The notes beneath the pieces are model-generated. The model made no database searches. It had not been told where the DNA came from and saw only the letters and a program-made list of their open reading frames with translations. 64,000 nt of DNA from a virus. The translations under genes were made by a program, and so were the position numbers. Location of the stretch: the IMG/VR virus record IMGVR_UViG_2932987669_000001, positions 20,545 through 84,544 of that record; one strand, given 5' to 3'. Each line of letters starts with the position of its first letter. Position 1 is the stretch's first letter. Positions 38,052-47,008 of this stretch are shown piece after piece.

Positions 38052-38813
38052 ATGCAACCAAAAGTGTCGGTCGTCATGACCGTCTTCAACCGCCAGGACT
38101 ACCTCGGCCAGGCCGTGCAGAGCGTTTTGGCTCAGACCTTCCCCGATTTCGAGCTGATCATCGTGGACGACGGCTCCACCGACGCGTCGCCGCTGATCGC
38201 CCAGCGATTCGCCCTTCGGGATTCTCGCATTCAGTTCGAGGCCCGGCCTCATCGCGGTCGCATCCCTGCTTTGGCTGATGCCATGGAGCTGGCTACGGGT
38301 GATTATGTCGGCTGGGTCGACAGCGACGATCTCTTGGAGCCCGAAGCCCTGGCCGAAACGGTGCGATTCCTCGAGCGGCACCATCATGTGGGCCTCGTGT
38401 ACACCGACTACCTCGACATCGACGATGAGGGCCACGTCCTCGGCATCGGCAGTCGGTGCCGCGTGCCTTTTTCCCACCACGGTTTGCTGCGGACCTTCAT
38501 GACCTTTCATTTCAGGCTCTTTCGGCGATCGCTGTTCGACCAGATCGGCGGTCTGACCGACGCCGTGCCCATGGCCGAGGATTACGACTTCTGCTTGCGG
38601 GCCTCGGAAGTCGCTCGATTCGGCCGGATCCGAAAACCGCTTTACCGGTACCGGAAACATGCGAATCGGGTGACGGATACCCATCGCCTCGCCCAAATCC
38701 ACGGTGCCAAAGAAGCGATCCGGCGTGCGCTGGCGCGTCGCGGCCTCGACGCTCAATGGAACCTTCACCTGGAACTCAGAGGCCAATTCGAATTGAGGAG
38801 GAAATCGAGTTGA
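38052..38813 (+). CDS. Glycosyltransferase family 2
   Basis: VSVVMTVFN...AVQSVLAQT..DFELIIVDDGSTD, WVDSDD (DxD), AEDYDF. Confidence 0.92.
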   Translation: MQPKVSVVMTVFNRQDYLGQAVQSVLAQTFPDFELIIVDDGSTDASPLIAQRFALRDSRIQFEARPHRGRIPALADAMELATGDYVGWVDSDDLLEPEALAETVRFLERHHHVGLVYTDYLDIDDEGHVLGIGSRCRVPFSHHGLLRTFMTFHFRLFRRSLFDQIGGLTDAVPMAEDYDFCLRASEVARFGRIRKPLYRYRKHANRVTDTHRLAQIHGAKEAIRRALARRGLDAQWNLHLELRGQFELRRKSS

Positions 38814-39175
38814 CACACCCCACTTCTCCACCATCGGAAGCCTTTTTCTCTCGTGTCTTTGGCGAGTGGCGTGCCGAGTTTCGCGCCATACTCGAAGGCC
38901 ACAAACAGGACATCCAGGCCCGCCTAGAAAAAATCGAGCTCAGCCTGGAAAAGAAGAGCGACAAGGAACACGTCACCCTGCTCGTTACGGGCCTCCAAGA
39001 GGACCTGCGGCGGCACGCTCAGGACATCAATCACATTCAAAACGAGCTCACCCAGAAGTTGAACACCGAAGCGTTGTGGAAACTCATCGGCTTGGTGTTG
39101 ACGGTGGGCAGCGCGTTCGGGGGACTGATCGGCTTCGTGGTCAGCATGCTCCTGCGGAGTCGCGGTCATGGGTAA
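38810..39175 (+). CDS. Coiled-coil protein with C-terminal TM helix (holin/XhlA-like candidate)
   Basis: GAGGAGG RBS and TTG 38810; C-terminal LIGLVLTVGSAFGGLIGFVVSMLL. Confidence 0.65.
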   Translation: MTHPTSPPSEAFFSRVFGEWRAEFRAILEGHKQDIQARLEKIELSLEKKSDKEHVTLLVTGLQEDLRRHAQDINHIQNELTQKLNTEALWKLIGLVLTVGSAFGGLIGFVVSMLLRSRGHG

Positions 39176-39431
39176 ACCCGTGGCCCGGCTGGGCGACACC
39201 ACCAATCACGGAGGCGCCATTGTCACGGGATCGACCGGCACCATCGTCAACGGAAAACCGGTGGCCCGGATGGGTGATCTGCACGCATGCCCTCGAAAGG
39301 GTCATGGCCTCACCCGAATCGTTTCGGGCAGTTCGATGACCCTGACGGAAGGAAAACCAACCGCTCGCATGGGCGACACCACGGGATGCGGTGCAGTTAT
39401 CGTGACCGCCAGCCCCGACACCACGGGATAA
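39168..39431 (+). CDS. PAAR spike-tip protein
   Basis: PVARLGD, PVARMGD, PTARMGD repeats with His/Cys metal ligands. Confidence 0.95.
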   Translation: MGKPVARLGDTTNHGGAIVTGSTGTIVNGKPVARMGDLHACPRKGHGLTRIVSGSSMTLTEGKPTARMGDTTGCGAVIVTASPDTTG

Positions 39432-39443
39432 GGGAGATGCTAA

Positions 39444-39770
39444 ATGCCAGAAAACAACGTACCTCGTTATTGGGACATCGAGCCCAAACACATCCGACAG
39501 TCGTTCCACGCCGAGGGCGTGTGCGTGCCGATCACGGTGCGCGGCGCGCCGAGAGGTTCCCTCGTGGTCCAAAGCCTGGATAGCAGCGTCGCCACGGTGG
39601 AGGGCGGTTGGATTCGCTTGGGCCAACAAGTGGGTGCCACCATGATTCTGGTTTCCGATTCGGCGGCGGGCGACAGCATGCGTTACATCCAAGTCGAAGT
39701 GTTTGATCCGGGTTCGGGTGGCACCGATCCTTACGGCGGGGGCGATATCCCGCCGGATTGGGGGATTTGA
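39444..39770 (+). CDS. Hypothetical beta-rich (Ig-like) protein
   Basis: S.DSSVATV...G.I.....VGATMILVSD resembles Ig-like modules; in operon. Confidence 0.55.
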   Translation: MPENNVPRYWDIEPKHIRQSFHAEGVCVPITVRGAPRGSLVVQSLDSSVATVEGGWIRLGQQVGATMILVSDSAAGDSMRYIQVEVFDPGSGGTDPYGGGDIPPDWGI

Positions 39771-39771
39771 G

Positions 39772-40572
39772 ATGGGATCTGCCACGTTTTCACCCGGCTC
39801 GGGCGCAATCTACGACATAACCACGACCTCACCCGTGGCCCATGTGCTACACCTGAGCCACGCGGCCTCAGAAGCCATGCGCCAGGAAGCCGAATCTGCC
39901 CTCGAAGCCCACCAGCAGGCGGCGGCCGAGTACAGCCAGCAACTGGACCAACCGGACTTTCACCCGTTCGTGTCATTGCCCGCAGGCACCCTGCAGCGTG
40001 ATTTGTCGAACGGCCAGCGGCTCTTCGTCCTGCCGGACGGCACCTTTTTGGGAACGACCGACCAGGAACACTTCGTGTTCGTGGACTCCGCCGGCGTTCC
40101 GTACCAGATACCGGAGCACGACGGCAAGGTCACCCTTCCCGATAGCCGCGTCTTCGAATTGGTCCCCGAAGCGCGGGCAACGCATGCGACAGATTGGATC
40201 CAAGGCCTGCCGGCAGGTGTTCATCCGGTCCAAGTTGCCGACGGGCGGTTCCGTATCGTTTTCGCTACGGGTCTTCGGCTGGATGTCTCCATCCCGGATC
40301 GTCGGGTTGTCCTTCTCAATCCGACGGCAACCGTGATCGAGTTGGGTAAGAAGATCCAGGCCATTGGCGAGGAAATCCAAGTCAACCTGGTGGACAACGG
40401 CGGGCGTGGGTTCTCGGCCCTGGAATCCCAGCATCGTGGATTCATCGATCAGTCCGGCGACATCCTGTTGAGCTTGGTCAGCGGCGAAGACTTAGCGATC
40501 ACCTTCCCGACACAAGACCAAAACGGAGAGGAGAATCCTCATCGCTACTACCAATGTGGGGGCCCGGTATGA
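39772..40572 (+). CDS. Hypothetical baseplate-region protein
   Basis: ATG 1 nt after the previous stop; phage-like codon use; LPDG repeats. Confidence 0.6.
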   Translation: MGSATFSPGSGAIYDITTTSPVAHVLHLSHAASEAMRQEAESALEAHQQAAAEYSQQLDQPDFHPFVSLPAGTLQRDLSNGQRLFVLPDGTFLGTTDQEHFVFVDSAGVPYQIPEHDGKVTLPDSRVFELVPEARATHATDWIQGLPAGVHPVQVADGRFRIVFATGLRLDVSIPDRRVVLLNPTATVIELGKKIQAIGEEIQVNLVDNGGRGFSALESQHRGFIDQSGDILLSLVSGEDLAITFPTQDQNGEENPHRYYQCGGPV

Positions 40573-41003
40573 CGTCGTTCGATTTCCTCGGCAAGGGCAT
40601 CAAGTTCCCATTCCGTTTCGATCGGAAAACCGGTGGCGTGGCCACATCGGAGGTCACCTCTCAAGACCATGCCCGCATCCGTGAGAGCATCGTCCAGATC
40701 CTGGGCACCCGAGTTGGCGAACGGTTCATGCGGCCCGACTTCGGCTCGCGTTTGCACGAGCTGGTTTTTGAGCCCAATGATTCGGTGCTCAAGGGTTTGA
40801 TCCGCCACTATGTAATAGATGCAATTCGAAAGTGGGAAAAGCGTGTGGTGATCACCGAAGTGACGTTTGAAGACGGACCCGAACAGGTGGACGCCAATGT
40901 CTTACAAGTACGCATCCACTATCGGCTGATCCAGTCCCCCGTGACGGGGAACTTGGTTTTTCCGTTCCATCGTGAAGGTCGAACCGAACAGCCGAACGGC
41001 TAA
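40569..41003 (+). CDS. Baseplate wedge GPW/gp25 family
   Basis: LGKGIKFPF, IRESIVQILGTRVGERFMRPDFGSRL..L.FEPND, WEKRV. Confidence 0.95.
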   Translation: MTSFDFLGKGIKFPFRFDRKTGGVATSEVTSQDHARIRESIVQILGTRVGERFMRPDFGSRLHELVFEPNDSVLKGLIRHYVIDAIRKWEKRVVITEVTFEDGPEQVDANVLQVRIHYRLIQSPVTGNLVFPFHREGRTEQPNG

Positions 41004-41042
41004 TGAAGGCCTCCCAGCCAGACGTGACCTTTTCAAATTTTT

Positions 41043-41084
41043 GTGGCCCGGCTTCCCTCCCAAATCTGTAGTTAGTCCCCAACC
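41043..41084 (+). promoter_or_regulatory. Bipartite late-promoter-like motif, copy 5 (before baseplate J)
   Basis: GGCCCG-N15-CTGTAGTTAGTCCCCAACC. Confidence 0.75.
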
Positions 41085-41125
41085 GAGCAAAGAACTCGGG
41101 GTCGAACTCAAGGAGGGAAGCCGCC

Positions 41126-42529
41126 ATGGCCGGAATCCTCAACCACACCAATCGCGACTACGAGTCCATGCGCCGGGAGCTGCTCGACCGCGTCCCGCAG
41201 CTCACCGAGCGCTGGACCGATTTCAACCCTTCCGATCTCGGCGTCGTCCTGCTCGAACTGTTCGCTGGCGTTGGCGACATGTTGGCTTATTACATCGATG
41301 CCCAGATTTCAGAAGCGTTTCTGCCGACGGCGCGGCAACGACAGGCGATTATCAACCTGTGCAAGCTCATCAGTTACCGTCTCGATGCGCCGGTCGCGGC
41401 CTCGACTGAGCTAACCTTCCTGCTCGGGGACCCGCTCGATTTCGACGTGGTCATTCCCAAAGGGGTCCGGTGCCGGGCTTACGTGGACCAGGAACAGATT
41501 CCCTTCGAAACCGTCGAGGCCACGACCATTTTCCGGGGGCAAACCCAGACGACCGTCGCCGCGCGGCAAGGCTGGCGGGAGTTGGTGTCCTTTGTCGGGA
41601 CTGGTCTGCCGTGGCAGGAATACCGCCTGTCGGCCCGAGACGTCGCACAAGACACCATCGCTGTCACCATCAACGGCGAAGTCTGGACAGAGGTGCTTCA
41701 CTTCCAGGAGTCTGGCCGGGAGGATCGCCACTTTCGTACCGAAACGGACGCACTAGACACGACCAAGGTCGTCTTCGGCGACGGGATTCGTGGTGCGGCG
41801 CCTCCGGCTGGAACGGCCATCGGCATCGACTACCTGCGAACCCTGGGTGCGGCCGGGAACCTGGGTCGCAATCTGATCACCCAGTTGCAGGACACCATTC
41901 GGGCCAACGGCTCCTCGATCGGTGTATCCGTGGTCAACCACCAACCCGCCACAGGAGGGGCCAACCGTGAGACGCTGGAGTCGGCGAAGAAGCAAGCGCC
42001 TGCCGAGCTTCGAACGCTTTGGAAGGCCGTCACCAAGGAGGATTTCCAAGCGTTGGCCGAGGGCTTCCCTGGCGTGGCGAAGGCCCAGATTCTGGATGTG
42101 AACGACTGCGGCCATCACCACTACTTCACCGTGAACCTGGCAGTAGCCCCGAATGGTGGCGGTGCGCCATCGCAACTCTTGATGGACGATCTCGCTGCCT
42201 TCCTCGAATCTCGCAAATTGATCACGACCGAGATCACGCTGTACGAGCCGTTCTACCGGCCGGTGAATATTGATGCCGAAGTGATCCCCTTGGCAGGCCA
42301 GGACCCGGACCTGGTCAAGCTGCGGGTCGAAGAGGCCCTGGCCGACTTTTTCCGGTTTGAGCGGGTCGGCTTCGGCCAGGACATTCACGTGTCCGACATC
42401 GTTGCGCTGATCGACAACCTGCGAGGTGTCAGCCATGTCCATCTGTTTTCACCGAGCGCGGACGTGGACATCCGAAACGGGCAGATCCCCGTGTTGGGTG
42501 AAGTCCAAATCACCATGGCAGGTGCTTGA
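41126..42529 (+). CDS. Baseplate J / gp6-like protein
   Basis: RDYESMRRELL, WTDFNPSDLGVVLLELFA, FGDGIRG..P, GAAGN, GGANRE, AVTKEDF. Confidence 0.93.
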   Translation: MAGILNHTNRDYESMRRELLDRVPQLTERWTDFNPSDLGVVLLELFAGVGDMLAYYIDAQISEAFLPTARQRQAIINLCKLISYRLDAPVAASTELTFLLGDPLDFDVVIPKGVRCRAYVDQEQIPFETVEATTIFRGQTQTTVAARQGWRELVSFVGTGLPWQEYRLSARDVAQDTIAVTINGEVWTEVLHFQESGREDRHFRTETDALDTTKVVFGDGIRGAAPPAGTAIGIDYLRTLGAAGNLGRNLITQLQDTIRANGSSIGVSVVNHQPATGGANRETLESAKKQAPAELRTLWKAVTKEDFQALAEGFPGVAKAQILDVNDCGHHHYFTVNLAVAPNGGGAPSQLLMDDLAAFLESRKLITTEITLYEPFYRPVNIDAEVIPLAGQDPDLVKLRVEEALADFFRFERVGFGQDIHVSDIVALIDNLRGVSHVHLFSPSADVDIRNGQIPVLGEVQITMAGA

Positions 42530-44115
42530 TGTCCTATTTCGAGGCAAAGCTCTGGGAACTCCTGCCGGACATCTACCGGCTCAATGACCCACATGGCGAC
42601 CTGGCCGCGCTTCTGAAAAACGTCGGGATCACGCTCGACGAATTGAAGGAGCTGATCGATCAGCTACCGGCAAAGTTTGATCTGGACAAAACGCCCGCTT
42701 CGTACGTGCCGCTGCTTGGCGAGCTGGTCGGCCATCGTTTCGCCGCGACCCAGGATGTCGAGGCCCAACGTCGCGATATCCGAGAGGCCGTCGAATTCTA
42801 TCGACGCAAGGGCACCGTCCCCGCCATTCATCGGGCTTTGGACCAAATTGGGTGGCAAGGGCGGATCCGAGAGACTTTCCGGGATGCAGCACGACTAAAT
42901 CGGCGAGCCTCGATCAACCAGTCTCGGCTACCAGGCCGTATTTACAGCCTCGGTGTTTACCGCGTTGAAAGCGACAACCAGGTTCAAGGCCTCCGCGATG
43001 CCTTGGCCCCGCACCATCCCGCCGGAACCGCGACGTACTATCTGCAATGGTTGAGCACCTTGCTTTCCGCCGAACATCATTTCGAAGCATTCCTCAAACG
43101 GTTCATTCAAGGCGTTGCCTTCGTCGACCTGGACGAGACCTTCATCGTGAACCGCAACCCGCTCAATAGCGACCGGCACCTCACCCGCCAAAAGACGATC
43201 TGGGAACTGGTCCAGGTGACCAATAGCACGACGCTTCACCAGGGAATCGAAACCGGTGCCGTGTGTCGGAACCACTGGCATGCGCGCGGCACGCGATTTC
43301 GAACCAACCTGTCCGTGCTGAACCAAGGCCGCAAACTGCCCAACCTCTGGTTGAGCGAACGTCGCTCTGCGAGCTGCTGCCCGGTCGTCACCGAGGAAAC
43401 GCGGCTCACCAACGACAAGCCCTCAATGCGCTTGGCCGGTCAAGCCTTGAACCAGGCTCGGCTTAACTGGATTCCTGCGCGGTGCGAGGTACGGTTCCAG
43501 CAAAAGGATCTGCTCTCAACGGCTAACCATCCAGAGCGTTCCAGCCAGGACGAATCGAAAAGTTTGTCCCTGGTGAGCCAGGCCCTGCCGTCGCGGAGCT
43601 TCCGAACCGGGCACCATGCGCTGTCGGGGAATACCAAGCTACAGGGCGAGACCAGTCGCCAATCCGTCCTCATGTCGGTTCTGGCCGAGGCGACTTGGGC
43701 CGAGATCCAATCCGCTGGCGACCTGGTTCACCGCTGGCAGAAGCGGAGACCCGGTTTCGGCTTGAATGGGCGGACCTTGAACCAGGCACCCCTGACCAAC
43801 GGGACGCTCACCGAGGATCGAGCCACGTTTTCCATCCGCGTCGACACCGGAGCCCCGCGAAAGCGTTTGGTCCAGCCGGTTGCACTAAACCGAGGGCGGC
43901 TGAATCGGTCAGGGCTCCGCCTTTCGCGCCAGCGAACCCTGCCGCTGCGTTTGGGGAGCATGGCCTTGAATCAAGCCGGATTCCAAATGACGGAACCAGC
44001 CATCGAGTGGCAGTTCCGGCAACGCGATGTCACCACCCAGGATACGGCAACCATTGATTCGGCAACCAACACCTTCACGGCCACCATCTGGCCCGAACCG
44101 AGGAGCGACACATGA
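42526..44115 (+). CDS. Baseplate wedge / tail protein I-like, with repeated LNxxxLN motifs
   Basis: LLPDIYR..D, LP.LGELVG, QRRDIREAVEFYRRKGT..AI; follows baseplate J. Confidence 0.8.
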   Translation: MMSYFEAKLWELLPDIYRLNDPHGDLAALLKNVGITLDELKELIDQLPAKFDLDKTPASYVPLLGELVGHRFAATQDVEAQRRDIREAVEFYRRKGTVPAIHRALDQIGWQGRIRETFRDAARLNRRASINQSRLPGRIYSLGVYRVESDNQVQGLRDALAPHHPAGTATYYLQWLSTLLSAEHHFEAFLKRFIQGVAFVDLDETFIVNRNPLNSDRHLTRQKTIWELVQVTNSTTLHQGIETGAVCRNHWHARGTRFRTNLSVLNQGRKLPNLWLSERRSASCCPVVTEETRLTNDKPSMRLAGQALNQARLNWIPARCEVRFQQKDLLSTANHPERSSQDESKSLSLVSQALPSRSFRTGHHALSGNTKLQGETSRQSVLMSVLAEATWAEIQSAGDLVHRWQKRRPGFGLNGRTLNQAPLTNGTLTEDRATFSIRVDTGAPRKRLVQPVALNRGRLNRSGLRLSRQRTLPLRLGSMALNQAGFQMTEPAIEWQFRQRDVTTQDTATIDSATNTFTATIWPEPRSDT

Positions 44116-44705
44116 CTCTACATATATATATGGACGCAGCACTGACCGATCCCCTGTCGGAAGGCGACCTGTCCAACCCCGACCAGGACGTGTTCAACGG
44201 GACCGACGGCGATTCGAAGGATCGCCAGTTGTTCTTGGCGAACGAGTGGGCCACATTGGCTCAAGCGCTGTCTATCGATGACGTGGTTCTAGAGCTGACC
44301 GCGCCTGGCTTCGCGAGCACGGAACTGATCGTCATCGGCGCCGAACAACTCCGCATCGTGAACGGGGGCGGCACCTCCTCGCTCACCATCGAACGCGGCT
44401 ACGGCGGCACTCAGCCAGCCGAGCATCAGGCGGGCGCCCTCGCCTATTCCGCCTATGACTACAGCCAGATTCAGGTGCAGGTCACCGACACGGCCGAAAC
44501 CGATGAATCGTCATGGGTCCGCCTGGCCGCTTCCCAAGAGCACCTCGACAGCGCCGACCCTGGTGCCAGTGTCGATTTGGGGCCCAAAAACTATTCCGCC
44601 TCGCTGTCCTTTTGGCGGCGCATCACCGTTCCTGCCGGGACACCTGTGCAGAACAAGACAGATCTCAAACTGCGCGTCACCGCCATGGAAAGTCCGATTC
44701 TCTAA
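44112..44705 (+). CDS. Hypothetical tail structural protein
   Basis: AGGAG RBS; contains E.L......G...LT.IERGY.GT..A.H..GA motif seen in virion proteins. Confidence 0.65.
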   Translation: MTLHIYMDAALTDPLSEGDLSNPDQDVFNGTDGDSKDRQLFLANEWATLAQALSIDDVVLELTAPGFASTELIVIGAEQLRIVNGGGTSSLTIERGYGGTQPAEHQAGALAYSAYDYSQIQVQVTDTAETDESSWVRLAASQEHLDSADPGASVDLGPKNYSASLSFWRRITVPAGTPVQNKTDLKLRVTAMESPIL

Positions 44706-44743
44706 TCCTTCAAACCAGTCAGAGCCAAGAGGAGTCACATACC

Positions 44744-45727
44744 ATGGCCTACCACAGCACAGCGGGCACCGCGCAAAACTCACGGGACCTAATGACCATC
44801 CTGCGTCAATACCTGACCGATACCGTGGGGTGGACCCTCCACGACAGCCAGAATGATGCCTCGCCCTACTTCGTCGTGACCGCCACCGGCGAAAGTGGAA
44901 AGGAAGACATTTACCTCTATGTGTCCGATGACAACAACGCCAATCGATTGGGCGTGCGCGCCTATCACTATTGGAACCAGGCGAGCCATCAGGGGACCAA
45001 GCCAGCCTACAACAGCAGCTACACCTACATTCGCACTTCGGACGGGACACCGTTCCTCTACTGGATCTTCGCCGACCTGGACCACTGGTTCCTCGTCACC
45101 AAGCTGGGCGCCACCTACTACGGCCAATACTCCGGCCTGATCTCCCGGTTCTGGTCGGGCGAGGTTGCGGTGGCCCAGTCGACCTTGGATACAGGCACCG
45201 AGGTGGTGGCCCAAGTGGATGACGCCAACCATTTCGAAATCGGGAAGCCCTACCTCATCCGAGACAACGTCGACATCGAACGCGTCGAGGTTACCGCGAT
45301 CGACACGGCCAGCACGCCCCACACCGTGACCCTGGCCAATGTATCCAGATCGTTTGTGGTCGGGTCCAAAATCGGAGAAGATCCGGCGCCCTTGATCGTG
45401 GGGAGCAACGACTCCCCGAGCCGGTTTTATGCGACGAACCGGTTCGACGGTTACAGCGGCAACAGCAGCCATCAGGGTGAATGTAAGGCGGCCGATGGTG
45501 GCCTTGCCGGGTCGAGCAATCACGACAAGCGCTACGGCCTGACGGTCATGTACCCCTGGCTGACGGCCCACACCAGCCAAGGCTACAACGAGCTTCGCGG
45601 CCAGTTAATCGAGGTCTATTCCGTTGGGTCGACCAACTTGGACTCTGAGGACGTGATCCAGCAGGGGACCGAGACCTTCCGCGTGTTCAACCTCAGCAGC
45701 GCCGGTTTCTGCGCGGTTCGGGAGTAG
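44744..45727 (+). CDS. Putative tail fibre-associated virion protein
   Basis: GAGGAG RBS; aromatic, beta-rich ~327 aa. Confidence 0.65.
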   Translation: MAYHSTAGTAQNSRDLMTILRQYLTDTVGWTLHDSQNDASPYFVVTATGESGKEDIYLYVSDDNNANRLGVRAYHYWNQASHQGTKPAYNSSYTYIRTSDGTPFLYWIFADLDHWFLVTKLGATYYGQYSGLISRFWSGEVAVAQSTLDTGTEVVAQVDDANHFEIGKPYLIRDNVDIERVEVTAIDTASTPHTVTLANVSRSFVVGSKIGEDPAPLIVGSNDSPSRFYATNRFDGYSGNSSHQGECKAADGGLAGSSNHDKRYGLTVMYPWLTAHTSQGYNELRGQLIEVYSVGSTNLDSEDVIQQGTETFRVFNLSSAGFCAVRE

Positions 45728-45731
45728 CCAT

Positions 45732-45857
45732 ATGCCCACCAAGCAAGGGGTCACTCTTCCTATCCGCACAGAAACGGGACAGCGGATTCCCGCGTTCAGA
45801 GCGCCGCGTCCGGTCCAACAGGGGCGTCCGCTCGACGGGAGGCTGAACCGTGCCTGA
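45732..45857 (+). CDS. Small 41-aa ORF
   Basis: GGAG upstream; fills the gap between neighbours and overlaps the next start. Confidence 0.4.
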   Translation: MPTKQGVTLPIRTETGQRIPAFRAPRPVQQGRPLDGRLNRA

Positions 45858-46452
45858 GTCACCAGGCGTGCGGTTTCTTCCCGTGCTGCGCTCTGGGAAG
45901 CGATCGCCGCGGTTTCGATTGAACCGGCCGATTGCGCCGGCATCCACTTTCGAGATGCTGGGCCAATCACAGGAGGTTCCTGAACCCGAACGCCAAATCA
46001 GCATCGATTCGGATCTTCAGTTGTCGGTGTCTCGACCTGTCGCGGTGGCGCCGGATCTCGTTTTGACCATTTTGCGGCCAACCGTATTGCAAGTCGACCT
46101 TCGTGCGGTTGTGTCGGGGCTCCAGTCGACAGCAATCGATACCAGCTTGGCGGTTTATGGTGTGACGCAGGTGGTGGGCGATCTGGTCTGTCGGGTCCAG
46201 CAAGGGATGGTGCCCTTCGTGGCTGACATCCTCGTCGACGTCCGGCTTCCCGAGTCTCGGTTTTCCGATCTCCACTTGGTCATTGGCGCGCGTAGGCGCT
46301 GGGCCTTGGACAGCCAACAATTCGTGACTGGAAGGCTGGTACTTGAAGCCGACACCACCTGCGAAATCGGGACTTTCAGAACCATCCGAATCGATACCCA
46401 TCAAACCGTATACCGCGTGGTCCTCCATGAGGAACACGAGATCCAAACCTGA
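45850..46452 (+). CDS. Hypothetical protein with D-x-x-L-x-V repeats
   Basis: GGGAGG RBS; repeated beta-strand pattern. Confidence 0.6.
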   Translation: MPESPGVRFLPVLRSGKRSPRFRLNRPIAPASTFEMLGQSQEVPEPERQISIDSDLQLSVSRPVAVAPDLVLTILRPTVLQVDLRAVVSGLQSTAIDTSLAVYGVTQVVGDLVCRVQQGMVPFVADILVDVRLPESRFSDLHLVIGARRRWALDSQQFVTGRLVLEADTTCEIGTFRTIRIDTHQTVYRVVLHEEHEIQT

Positions 46453-46463
46453 AAGGAGCCTTT

Positions 46464-46997
46464 GTGCCACTTGGACTCATCACCCGTGCGGGCCGGATCC
46501 TGACTGCCCGCCTTCTTTTGGGCGATCCCATCGATGGATTGACCCACTGCGCCATCGGCGACGGTGACGCCACGTTCACCGATCCACTCAATCCGCCGGC
46601 GCCGGAGATCGACCAAACCAGCCTGCGACATGAGCGGGCGCGGAAACGCTACTACAAACGGACCTTTCTCAAGGAAGACCCGGAAGGTGTGTTGCGCGTC
46701 AATGGGATCCGGTACCTCGAAACCACCGAGCAAACCCAGACCATCGGTGTGTTTTTCCGCTTCGAAGAGCACGAAGCCAACGGCATCACCATCCGTGAGT
46801 ACGGCTTCTTCGGCGGGGCGGTGACCTATGCCGACGGGCACCAGGATGCCTTGGCGCTTGATGGCGTCCATCACCCCGACACCAATCCAACCGGCCAGGT
46901 TCAAAACCCTGGCTATTTGTATGAGTTGAAACACATCCCCGATTTCACCAAGACGTCCGACACGCGCGTGGAGCTGGTCGGCGTCATCAAAGTTTGA
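46464..46997 (+). CDS. Tail-collar/fibre attachment-like protein
   Basis: AAGGAG RBS; GLIT..GR...A.LL, AIGDG, F...EANGITIRE.G.FGG. Confidence 0.7.
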   Translation: MPLGLITRAGRILTARLLLGDPIDGLTHCAIGDGDATFTDPLNPPAPEIDQTSLRHERARKRYYKRTFLKEDPEGVLRVNGIRYLETTEQTQTIGVFFRFEEHEANGITIREYGFFGGAVTYADGHQDALALDGVHHPDTNPTGQVQNPGYLYELKHIPDFTKTSDTRVELVGVIKV

Positions 46998-47008
46998 TGG
47001 AGTAGTGC

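Noticed and set aside
44121-44132. (AT)5 run at the start of the 44112 gene as a phase-variation tract
   Set aside because: Only five units, explained by His-Ile-Tyr-Met codons and 5' AT bias.
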